DNA of 27,143 nt from Candidatus Aminicenantales bacterium (GTDB lineage: Bacteria > Acidobacteriota > Aminicenantia > Aminicenantales > Saccharicenantaceae): positions 62,001 through 89,143 of the forward strand of contig JBEKXF010000004.1 in assembly GCA_049512315.1 (NCBI GenBank), in the 5' to 3' direction. Shown piece after piece: positions 8,871 to 19,776 of this stretch (position 1 is the stretch's first letter; each line of letters starts with the position of its first letter). A program made the translations under genes and the position numbers. A model generated the notes under the pieces. That model worked only from the letters and a program-made list of their open reading frames with translations. It had not been told where the DNA came from and did not search any database.

Positions 8871-9528
8871 GGAGCCTCTCGGCGATGCTCAGGAACTCGA
8901 GGGAAAAATCCTCCATGTCCGAGCTCAGGTCCTTGATCCGGCCGAGGAAATAGTTGTAAGCGATGACGGCCGGGACGGCGGCGAAGAGGCCGACGGCGGT
9001 GGCGATGAGGGCCTCGGCGATCCCCGGCGCCACGACCTGGAGGCTGGCCGAACGGAGAGCCCCGATCCGCTCGAAGGAGATCATGATCCCCCAGACCGTC
9101 CCGAACAGCCCGATGAACGGGGAGACGCTCCCGGTCGTGGCCAGGAAGAACATCATCTTCTCGAGCCGGGAGACCTCGGAGTTGGAGGCCTTGAGAAGGG
9201 CCCGGTTGAGGCTGTCCGTTCTTTCCCCGGTCCAGCCGCCCTCAGCGGAGGACTTGCTCTGGTAGGCGAGCTCCTTGTAGCCGGCCTGGAAGATGGCCGC
9301 CAGGGGGCTGGCCCGATACTTGCGGGCCGCCTCGTTGACGTCGGTCAGGCTCTTGCTCTTCCGGAACGAATCCAGGAACTTGTCGGATTGCCTGAAAGCG
9401 GACCGGATCGTCCGGCGCTTGTAGATAATGATGGCCCAGGAGAAGACCGAGAAAAAGGAGAGGAGAAGGAGGATCAGGATGACGACGATATCGGCGTCGG
9501 AGATGATTTTGAAGATATTGATATTCAT
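8860..9528 (-). CDS. tolQ: TolQ/ExbB/MotA-family proton channel
   Basis: LATTGSVSPFIGLFGTVWGIM and PGIAEALIATAVGLFAAVPAV. Start ATG 9528 (MNINIF) lies just downstream of the predicted promoter. Confidence 0.92.
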   Translation of the reverse strand: MNINIFKIISDADIVVILILLLLSFFSVFSWAIIIYKRRTIRSAFRQSDKFLDSFRKSKSLTDVNEAARKYRASPLAAIFQAGYKELAYQSKSSAEGGWTGERTDSLNRALLKASNSEVSRLEKMMFFLATTGSVSPFIGLFGTVWGIMISFERIGALRSASLQVVAPGIAEALIATAVGLFAAVPAVIAYNYFLGRIKDLSSDMEDFSLEFLSIAERLHGS

Positions 9529-9541
9529 GACGATCCATTCA

Positions 9542-9570
9542 AAATTAACACACCGCGGATTCCCTGTCAA
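9542..9570 (-). promoter_or_regulatory. Putative sigma70 promoter of the tol-pal operon
   Basis: Minus strand TTGACA(9570-9565)-17 bp-TAATTT(9547-9542) with extended TG. Confidence 0.6.
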
Positions 9571-9631
9571 ATCAGCCGCTTGGGCAGAGGGCCCCGCCAA
9601 GATCCGACGCGATGAGACCCGAGCCGGGGAC

Positions 9632-9660
9632 TTGAAGGAGGACCGGGTTCGTTATATATT
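9632..9660 (+). promoter_or_regulatory. Putative sigma70 promoter of the APC transporter pseudogene
   Basis: TTGAAG(9632-9637)-17 bp-TATATT(9655-9660); GGAGG downstream before ATG 9709. Confidence 0.5.
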
Positions 9661-9708
9661 TTCCCCTTGCCCGCCGAGGCAGGGTGGAGGACAGGCCGGC
9701 CAAGTTTG

Positions 9709-11686
9709 ATGAAGACCCTGGAGAGATTCAAGAAATTCCTTATCGGCGGGGAGAAGGACGTCCGCGACCCGGGGATCTTCCATAGGATCTCCCTGATTGC
9801 CTTCTTCGCCTGGGTCGGGCTGGGCGCCGACGGCCTGAGCTCGGCCAACTAAGGGCCCCCGGAAGCCTTCCTTTCCCTGGGGGCGCCGGCACCTGGCGCT
9901 CTATCTGGCGCTCCTCACGGCCATCACGGTCATCACCATCTCCGCGAGCTACGCCCAGATCATCGAGCTCTTCCCCCGACGGGCGGCGGCGGCTATGTCG
10001 TCGCCACCAAGCTCCTGGGGGCGATCTTCGGCCTCGTCTCCGGATGCGCCCTGATCGTAGATTACGTGCCGACGATCAGCATCTCGCTCTCGAGCGGCGT
10101 CGAGGCCGTCCTGAGCTTTCTGCCGGCCTCCTACTTCCGGCACAAGCTGAGCTTCATCCTCCTGATCACGGCCATCCTCATCCTCCTGAACCTGCGGGGG
10201 GTCAAGGAATCCGTCGCCACCCTGACGCCGATCTTCGTCCTGTTCTTCATTTGCCACGCCGCCGTCATCCTCTATGGGATTTTCTCCCACGTGTCGGCGA
10301 CCCCGACCCTTTTCATCGACACCATCCGGGAGACACGCCAGGGGATCCGGCAGCTCGGCTTCGGCACCATGGCTTTCCTCCTCCTGCGCGGGTACGGCAT
10401 GGGGGCCGGCACATACACGGGGATCAAGGCCGTCAGCAACGGGCTCCAGATCCTGCGCCCTCCCCAGGTGAAGACGGGCAAGAAGACGATGGCCATGATG
10501 GCGGCCTCGCTGGCGTTCACGGCCGGAGGGCTCCTCCTCTGCTACCTCCTGACGGACGTCCAGCACGTCGCCGGCAAGACTCTCAACGCCTCCCTCATCC
10601 AGAATCTCATCGGGAACTGGACCATCGGCGGCTTCCCGCTCGGGGTCTGGCTCCTGGGCCTGCTCTTGTTGTCCGAGGGCGCGATCCTGTTCGTGGCGGC
10701 CCAGACCGGCTTCATCGACGGGCCGCGCGTCCTGGGGAACATGGCCATCGACTCCTGGGTCCCCAACCGGTTCAAGCACCTCAGCGAGCGGCTCGTCGTC
10801 CAGAACGGCATCCTGTTCATGGGCCTGGCCTCCGTCCTGATCCTGATCTTCACCCGCGGCTCGGTCCAGGTCCTCATCATCATGTACAGCATCAACGTCT
10901 TCATCACCTTTTCGCTCTCTTAGCTCGGCATGTGCCTCCACTGGCTGAAAACGCCGGCGGAGCACCGCCGCAAGAAATTGGCCGTCAACCTCCTCGGCCT
11001 CCTCCTGTGCCTGTCGATCCTGACCGTCACGATCGGGATCAAGTTCAGGGAAGGCGGGTGGGTCACCCTGGCCATCACGGCGTCCTTCATCGTCGCCTGC
11101 GTCTTCGTCCGGAGGCACTACCGGAGAGTCAAGGACATGATGCGGCGCCGGGGGCGACATCATAGCCCAGGTGCAGCAGATGGCGGGAAAGCACGAAATG
11201 CCGCTCAAGGACGAGACGGCGCCGACAGCCGTCCTTTTCGTCCGCAACTTCGGCGGCCTGGGGATCCACTCATTCCTGAACATCCACCGGATCTTCCCCG
11301 GGTACTTCAAGAACTTCATTTTCATCTCGATCGGCGTCGTCGACTGGAAGAATTTCAAGGGCGCCGAGGAGATCAAAAACCTCGAGGATCACATCAGCCA
11401 GGAACTCGAGAAGTACGTCCAGCTCTCCACGAAATTCGGTTTCTACGCGGAGGCCGTCCATTCCATCAAGATCGACACCCTGATCGCGATCGAGCCCCAG
11501 TGCGAGGCGATCCAGAAGAAGTACAACAAGGCCGTTTTCTTCGTCGGCAAGCTGGTGTTCGAGGAGGGAAACTTCTTCACTCGGATCCTCCACAACCAGA
11601 CGGCCTTCAGCATCCAGCGGATCCTCCAGTTCAAGGGGATCCCGACCATCGTCCTGCCCATCCGGGTCATGAAGACCGGAGCTTAG
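9709..11686 (+). pseudogene. Disrupted APC-superfamily transporter, KimA/YdaO-like (probable K+ transporter)
   Basis: Spliced reading: ADGLSSAN*GPPEAF...SYAQIIELFP-GGGGY...DYV.TIS...TYTGI(K)AVSNG...FSLS*LGM...KFREGGW, then a soluble C-terminal domain (ILHNQTAF). In-frame TAA 9850-9852 and TAG 10921-10923; frameshifts near 9879-9888, 9973-9977 and 11150-11154. Confidence 0.85.
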
Positions 11687-14067
11687 TTGACGCGTTCGGG
11701 CGCATCTCCGGTGGGCGCGATGCCCAGGAGCCGGCGGAGGATCTCGCGGGCGACCCTTTTTGCGTCCCGGCCGCTCTCGTTGGTGGCCCCGACGCAGGAT
11801 GGGCAGCCGTCACGGCAGGGGCAGGCCTCGAGCGTCTTCAGGGCGTTGTCGAGGAGGCGGGTCTCGAGGGCGTAGAGCGACGGGCTCAGCCCGATCCCGC
11901 CGGGGTAATTGTCGTAGATGAAAATGTTCGGCTCGAAATCCTGGCCGGGAAGCGCCGTCATCTCCTCCTGGCCCTGGGTCCGGACCGGGACGTTCCGGGG
12001 CCGCAGAGTGTCGCCCGTCGAGTTGTCGCCGATCGACACGCCGACATCGTGGATGTCGCACATCATGAAGAGCGGCGATACGTGGTGGATGAGGTAGGAG
12101 AGCCCGAAGAGGCCGTTGATCCTCTGCTCGGACGGGAACGGGATCTCCTGGAGGAGGGAGGAGGGGATGGTCAGCCACCAGGCCGTCGTGTGCATCTCGT
12201 TCTCGGGCAGGCTGAGGTCGCCGGCGCCGACGTTCTCCATGGTGTGGAACTTGATCTTCTTGAAGCCGACGACCTGGGTGGCCACGTGGACCTCGCCGTG
12301 GGAGACCCGGCACTGGTCGAGGGGCATGGTCTCGAAGACGTCGAGGACCTTGATCTTCGTGTAGTCGATGGCGTCGGTGTAGTAATCGATGTCGGTCTTC
12401 TTGACGTAGGCCTTCCGCTCCTCGAAGTCCAGCTTCTCGACGAAGTACTGCTCGCCCTCGCAGATGTAGATGGCCTTGGGATGGAGGGCCGTCAGGGCCG
12501 AGGTGAAATCGACCTCGGCGATGACCCGGGTCTTCTCCGTCGTATCGACGACGACGAAGTTGTCGGAGCTCACGCTCCGCAGGTTGACCGCGTCGGCCGG
12601 ATAGGCGTCCGAGGTATAGAACCACTTGTCCTGGGAGTGATGGAGAAGCTTGTCCTCCTCGAGGAACTGGAGTATGCTCGAGACGTCGGCCCTCCCGAAT
12701 CTCTCACCGTCCTCGAACGGGAGCTCGAAGGCGGCGCACTCGACGTGGCTGACGAGGATCGAGAGGTTGTCCGGGTTGATGAGCGCCATCTCGGGGGACT
12801 TGGAGAAAAAGTATTCCGGGTTGTGGATGATGAACTGGTCGAGGGGAGAGCTCGTCGCGACCAGGACGGCGGCGGAGGCGCCGGTCTTCCGCCCGGCGCG
12901 CCCGGCCCTCTGCCAGGTGCTGGCGATCGTCCCGGGATAGCCCGCGAGCACGGCCACGTCCAGGGTCCCGATGTCGATCCCGAGCTCGAGGGCGTTGGTC
13001 GAGACGACGCCGAGGATCTCGCCGCTCCGGATGCCCTTCTCGATCTCGCGCCGTTTGAGGGGGAGGTAGCCGCCCCGGTAGCCCCGGATGAGGCCCTCTT
13101 TCTGGAGGCTCGTTTCGATGTCGGCCTTGAGATAGGTCAGGAGGACCTCGGTGATCAGCCGGCTCCCGGCGAAGACGATGGTCTGCAAATTGTTTTTGAG
13201 GAAGATCGAGGCGATGCGGCGGGACTCGTTGACGTAGGAGCGGCGGATGCCCAGGGCTGCGTTGACAACGGGCGGCGTATAGAAGATGAAATACTTCTCG
13301 CCGCGGGGAGCGCCGTTGTCGTCGATCAGGGTGACCGGGGCCTCGATCATCTTCTCGGCCATCTCGGCCGGGTTGGCGATCGTGGCCGTTGAGAGGATGA
13401 ACTGGGGGTCGGAGCCGTAGAAGCGGGCGATCCGACGGAGCCGGCGCAGGACGTTGGCCAGGTGACTGCCGAAGATGCCGCGGTAGCTATGGAGCTCGTC
13501 GATGACGACGTACTTGAGGTTCTCGAAGAGCTTGATCCACTTCGTGTGGTGGGGAAGGATCCCGGAGTGGAGCATGTCGGGGTTGGTGAGGACGATGTGG
13601 CCGCGGGCCCGGATGGCCTTGCGGGCGTCCTGAGGGGTGTCGCCGTCGTAGGTGAAGACCCGGATCTCCTCGGGCAGGCGGGCGTTGACGTCGTCGAGCT
13701 CGGCCCGTTGGTCGTTCGACAACGCCTTGGTCGGGAAGAGATATAGGGCCCGGCTGGACGGGTCCTTGAGGATGGCGTCGAGGACGGGGAGGTTGTAGCA
13801 GAGCGTCTTGCCCGAGGCCGTGGGCGTGACCACCACGACATTCTTCTTTTCCTGCAGGGCGTCCCAGCAGGAGCGCTGATGCGAATAGAGCCGGTGAAAG
13901 CCTTTCTGGCCCAGGGCTTCGCGGAGGGCCGGGTGGACCCCGTCAGGATATTCGCGATACCTTCCCTCCAGGGCGGCGAGGTGCTTGATGGCGCAGATGG
14001 AATCGGTCCTGTTGCCGATCTCCTTGAGGAGCTCGATCGAGCGGAGGATCTTCTCTTCGTTGGACAT
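11683..14067 (-). CDS. DEAD/DEAH-box helicase of the MrfA/YprA/Hrq1/SftH family with DUF1998 Zn-binding C-terminus
   Basis: Motifs LYSHQ, TPTASGKT, PTKALSNDQ, YDGDTP, LTNPDMLH, DELH, STNALELGIDIG, QRAGRAGR; C-terminal MCD...IYDNYPGGIG...CPCRDGCPSC. Confidence 0.9.
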   Translation of the reverse strand: MSNEEKILRSIELLKEIGNRTDSICAIKHLAALEGRYREYPDGVHPALREALGQKGFHRLYSHQRSCWDALQEKKNVVVVTPTASGKTLCYNLPVLDAILKDPSSRALYLFPTKALSNDQRAELDDVNARLPEEIRVFTYDGDTPQDARKAIRARGHIVLTNPDMLHSGILPHHTKWIKLFENLKYVVIDELHSYRGIFGSHLANVLRRLRRIARFYGSDPQFILSTATIANPAEMAEKMIEAPVTLIDDNGAPRGEKYFIFYTPPVVNAALGIRRSYVNESRRIASIFLKNNLQTIVFAGSRLITEVLLTYLKADIETSLQKEGLIRGYRGGYLPLKRREIEKGIRSGEILGVVSTNALELGIDIGTLDVAVLAGYPGTIASTWQRAGRAGRKTGASAAVLVATSSPLDQFIIHNPEYFFSKSPEMALINPDNLSILVSHVECAAFELPFEDGERFGRADVSSILQFLEEDKLLHHSQDKWFYTSDAYPADAVNLRSVSSDNFVVVDTTEKTRVIAEVDFTSALTALHPKAIYICEGEQYFVEKLDFEERKAYVKKTDIDYYTDAIDYTKIKVLDVFETMPLDQCRVSHGEVHVATQVVGFKKIKFHTMENVGAGDLSLPENEMHTTAWWLTIPSSLLQEIPFPSEQRINGLFGLSYLIHHVSPLFMMCDIHDVGVSIGDNSTGDTLRPRNVPVRTQGQEEMTALPGQDFEPNIFIYDNYPGGIGLSPSLYALETRLLDNALKTLEACPCRDGCPSCVGATNESGRDAKRVAREILRRLLGIAPTGDAPERVN

Positions 14068-14078
14068 GGGCTCATTTC

Positions 14079-14107
14079 ATGCTATCGGAATCAGGGCCGA
14101 GGGTCAA
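14079..14107 (-). promoter_or_regulatory. Putative sigma70 promoter of the helicase
   Basis: Minus strand TTGACC(14107-14102)-17 bp-TAGCAT(14084-14079), 11 nt before the ATG. Confidence 0.5.
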
Positions 14108-14144
14108 CATGGATGGGGGAAAACATCGTCTTGGCCCCTTCTTG

Positions 14145-14153
14145 TGCTAAAAT
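14145..14153 (+). promoter_or_regulatory. Putative extended -10 promoter of uvrA
   Basis: TG-C-TAAAAT; ATGs follow at 14156 and 14162. Confidence 0.45.
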
Positions 14154-14155
14154 AG

Positions 14156-16687
<2,532 letters not shown>

Positions 16688-16693
16688 GGGACC

Positions 16694-17683
16694 ATGCCCT
16701 TCAGGGATATCGCGGGCAACAGCCGGGTCAAGAAGATCCTGAAGCTCGCTTTGGAGCGGGACCGGGTCCCGAACTCGCTTCTTTTCTGCGGCCCCGAGGG
16801 CATCGGCAAGAGGCCGATGGCGCTGGCCCTGGCCAAGGCCCTGAACTGCGCGGCGGCCCCCGGCGACGCGTGCGGCCGTTGTCCCGCCTGCTTGGCGATC
16901 GATGAGGGCCGTTTCCCCGACGTCATGGAGTTCTCGGGGGAAGCGAAGGACATCTCGATCGAACAGATCCGGTTCATCAAGCAGATGGCCTTCCTGAAGC
17001 CGATGATGGGGAGGAAGAGGGTTTTCATCCTGGACGAGGCGGACAAGATGAGCCCGGACGCCGCCAACTCGCTCCTGAAGGTGCTCGAGGAGCCGCCGCT
17101 TTTTTCCCACTTCGTCCTCATCACGGCGAGCCCGTTCCTGATCCTCCCCACGATCCTCTCCCGGTGCCAGACCCTGGCCTTTTCAGCCGTCAGCAAGGAG
17201 GAGATCGAGGAGATCCTGGTCGACCGGGACCTCCCGAAAGAACAGGCCCGGGTCCTGTCGCTTCTCGTGGACGGGAATCTCGAGAGAGCCCTGGAGCTCG
17301 AGTGGGATGAAGTCCAGGCGCTCAAAGACGATGCCTGGAAGCTCTTCGAGATGATGCTCTCCGGCCGGAACGCCTCCCGTTTCCTGGAGCGCTTCGGATC
17401 CCTAACCAGGCCCGCCCAGGAGGACTTCGGGCAGACCCTCGAGATCTTCTCGTCGTTCACCCGGGACATCCTCCTCCTCGAGCTCGGCGGGGCCACCCGG
17501 TTCCTGCTGAACCCGGATTACGAACCCGGGCTCCGGGAGGCTGCGGCGAAGCTGCCCGCGCGCCGGGCCCTGGCCCTCCTCGCGGACCTCGATTTCGTCC
17601 TGACGGAGCTCGAGAAGAACCTCAACAAGAACCTCCTGGCGGCGACGTTTTTTTCGAACTTTGGAGAACTGACCCATGTCTGA
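16694..17683 (+). CDS. holB: DNA polymerase III subunit delta-prime
   Basis: GPEGIGK, C-x6-CGRCPAC, DEADKM, ANSLLKVLEEPP, TILSRC; followed by PSP1 as is typical. Confidence 0.92.
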   Translation: MPFRDIAGNSRVKKILKLALERDRVPNSLLFCGPEGIGKRPMALALAKALNCAAAPGDACGRCPACLAIDEGRFPDVMEFSGEAKDISIEQIRFIKQMAFLKPMMGRKRVFILDEADKMSPDAANSLLKVLEEPPLFSHFVLITASPFLILPTILSRCQTLAFSAVSKEEIEEILVDRDLPKEQARVLSLLVDGNLERALELEWDEVQALKDDAWKLFEMMLSGRNASRFLERFGSLTRPAQEDFGQTLEIFSSFTRDILLLELGGATRFLLNPDYEPGLREAAAKLPARRALALLADLDFVLTELEKNLNKNLLAATFFSNFGELTHV

Positions 17684-18359
17684 CATTATCTGCGTTCAAA
17701 GCGAAACATCGGGCCGGCTCCTCCGGGCCAAGACCGGCGGGGAGCCCCTCCACAAGGGCGACCGGTGCATCATCGAGTCCGAGCTCGGCGGCGACCTGGC
17801 CGTTGTCGTCGACGACGCGAGCCTCATGTGCAAGAACCCGAAGGCGGCCCAGACGGCCGTCGAGATCATCCGCAAGGCCTCCGACGAGGACGTCCGGAAG
17901 TTCGAGTGGCTGAAGGAAAAGGAGCAGCGGGCCTTCGATTTCTGCCTCCAGCGGATCGCGTCCCGGGACCTGCCCATGAAGCTCGTCTTGGTCCGCTATT
18001 TCTTCAGCGAGAAAAAAGGGATCTTCTATTACACGGCCGACGGGCGGATCGATTTCCGGCAGCTGGTCAAGGACCTGGCCAAGGAGCTCCGGATGAGGAT
18101 CGAGATGCGCCAGGTCGGCGTCCGGGACGAGGCCAAGATGATCGGCGGCCTCGGTGTCTGCGGCCGGTGCCTCTGCTGTTCGAGCTTCATGCGGACGTTC
18201 GAGCCGGTAACCATCCAGAAGGCCCGCAAGCAGCAGATCGTCATCAATCCTACCAAGATCTCGGGCCTCTGCGGCCGGCTGATGTGCTGTCTGGGTTTCG
18301 AAGAGCAGACCCGCGGCCGGATGTACTCCGAAGGGAGCGAAAATCCGATCGAGGATTGA
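17676..18359 (+). CDS. PSP1-domain / RicT (YaaT) Fe-S protein
   Basis: FYYTADGRIDFRQLVKDLA, RIEMRQVGVRDEAK, GVCGRCLCC, KISGLCGRLMCCL. Confidence 0.92.
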   Translation: MSDIICVQSETSGRLLRAKTGGEPLHKGDRCIIESELGGDLAVVVDDASLMCKNPKAAQTAVEIIRKASDEDVRKFEWLKEKEQRAFDFCLQRIASRDLPMKLVLVRYFFSEKKGIFYYTADGRIDFRQLVKDLAKELRMRIEMRQVGVRDEAKMIGGLGVCGRCLCCSSFMRTFEPVTIQKARKQQIVINPTKISGLCGRLMCCLGFEEQTRGRMYSEGSENPIED

Positions 18360-18400
18360 CGCCGGAGCGGGGTGGGGAGAGACGGCTGGGATCGGCGGCC

Positions 18401-19054
18401 TCAGGACTTGGGGACGATCCTGAACCGGATCCGCTTGGAAACGGCAGTCAGAGTGCCGTCGGCCTTGAACGCCTGAACTTGCCAGGAATACGTCACGCCG
18501 GCCTTCAGCCGGGCCCTGAAGTCGTCGGTCAGGACCAACCGCGTATCCTTGGTCGAGGCGGTCATGAGGGGGGATCTTCCGGCCAGGGAGACCTTGTACT
18601 CCAGATCGTCGCCGGCGCTTTTCCATTCGAGGAAAGCCGGGGCCTCCTGGATGTCGGCGACCGGCGAGACGAGCGTCACGGCGCCGCCGCGGACCGTTTC
18701 GTCCTCGGTGAGGACGAGCGGCGGGGGGACGGTCCCGGCCCGGGGGTGAAGGAGCCAGACGGCGATGAAGAGCACCACGGCCGAGACGCCGGCCACGACC
18801 CAGCGGCGGGGGGTGAGGAAGGCCCAGGTCCTTCGGACCCGTGAACCCGCCCGCGAGCCCTCGGCGAGATCCCCGGACAGGGCGCTCATGACGCCCTCCT
18901 TCCTGAGGATCTGGATGATTTCGTCCCTCTCGGATATCTTGGAAAAGCACGAGCGGCAGATGAAGTAATGCTCTTCGAAATCGGTCTGTTCTTCGGGCTT
19001 CAGCTTGTCCAGGAGATAGCCGTCGATCAGGCCCTCATAGCGGCATTTGGTCAT
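18401..19054 (-). CDS. Probable ZAS (zf-HC2) transmembrane anti-sigma factor
   Basis: N-terminal FEEHYFICRSC (H-x3-C-x2-C), one TM helix (WVVAGVSAVVLFIAVWLL), C-terminal beta-rich FN3/Ig-like segment (YSWQVQA); downstream of an ECF sigma. Confidence 0.8.
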   Translation of the reverse strand: MTKCRYEGLIDGYLLDKLKPEEQTDFEEHYFICRSCFSKISERDEIIQILRKEGVMSALSGDLAEGSRAGSRVRRTWAFLTPRRWVVAGVSAVVLFIAVWLLHPRAGTVPPPLVLTEDETVRGGAVTLVSPVADIQEAPAFLEWKSAGDDLEYKVSLAGRSPLMTASTKDTRLVLTDDFRARLKAGVTYSWQVQAFKADGTLTAVSKRIRFRIVPKS

Positions 19055-19117
19055 GTCCGATCCCTTTTTCGAATCTCGATATTTTAGTCGTGAAGGCCGG
19101 ACGAAAAACGGAAAATT

Positions 19118-19618
19118 TCAGGGCCTGACGGTCTTTTTGATGAGCTTGATGGCGTAGTTCACCCGTTCACTGACACGGCGGGGTGAAATGCCCAGCTCCC
19201 GGGCCACCTCCTCCCTCGAAAGTTCTTTATAATAATAAAGATAGAGGACATCCCGGAACTTTGGCTTGAGCTGCTCGACGGCCGTGGTGATCTGCTGGGC
19301 CCGCTCCCGGCCCTCGGCCTCGACATGGGGGTCGGGAAAGGGAGCCGGCTCCGGCGCATGCCGCAGGACCTTGGTCTTCTGGCGGATGTGATCGATGATC
19401 CGCCGGCTGGTGATGGTGTAGAGAAACGTCCCGACCGAGCTGTCTCCGCGGAACGCCCCGGTCTTGACCTTTTCGATGGCCTGCATGAGGATCTCGTCGA
19501 CGACGTCCTCCCAATCCGGGGTCGAGCTGCCGAGGGCTTTCCGGACGCGGAAGGAAATGACGGTCCGGTACCCCAGGATGGCTTCGTCGAGAGGCAGATC
19601 CTTCTTCGTGTTCTCCAC
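19118..19618 (-). CDS. ECF-subfamily RNA polymerase sigma-70 factor
   Basis: Region 2 (DWEDVVDE, FRGDSSVGTFLYTI..RRIIDHIR) and region 4 HTH (LSREEVARELGIS). Start taken as GTG 19618. Confidence 0.9.
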   Translation of the reverse strand: MENTKKDLPLDEAILGYRTVISFRVRKALGSSTPDWEDVVDEILMQAIEKVKTGAFRGDSSVGTFLYTITSRRIIDHIRQKTKVLRHAPEPAPFPDPHVEAEGRERAQQITTAVEQLKPKFRDVLYLYYYKELSREEVARELGISPRRVSERVNYAIKLIKKTVRP

Positions 19619-19627
19619 GGTCCCTTT

Positions 19628-19657
19628 ATTATAAAAAGGGCAAGGAAGGCTCCGCAA
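19628..19657 (-). promoter_or_regulatory. Putative promoter of the ECF sigma gene
   Basis: Minus strand TTGCGG-18 bp-TATAAT(19633-19628); the -10 is embedded in a CCCTTT...AAAGGG inverted repeat. Confidence 0.45.
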
Positions 19658-19776
19658 CATCTCCCGGAGTCAATCTTTTATCACCCCTAACGACTAACCA
19701 TTTACGTTCCGGAGAGGAACCCCAAACCCCGTCTCCGGCGGCGGAGGCCCGTGAGCTCATTCGGCCCACGGACCGC

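Noticed and set aside
9661..9708. c-di-AMP (ydaO) riboswitch ahead of the KimA-like gene
   Set aside because: Only 48 nt lie between the predicted -10 and the ATG, with one small hairpin; too short and no recognisable aptamer motifs.
9850..10923. Stop-codon recoding (TAG/TAA read-through) as the explanation for in-frame stops
   Set aside because: TAG and TAA terminate normal genes in this window (rapZ, EIIA, HPr, pal, ssb), and frameshifts also disrupt the gene.
10930..13392. 820-aa plus-strand ORF
   Set aside because: Only the first ~75 codons are real (pseudogene fragment); after the 11150 frameshift it runs off-frame and then antisense to the helicase.
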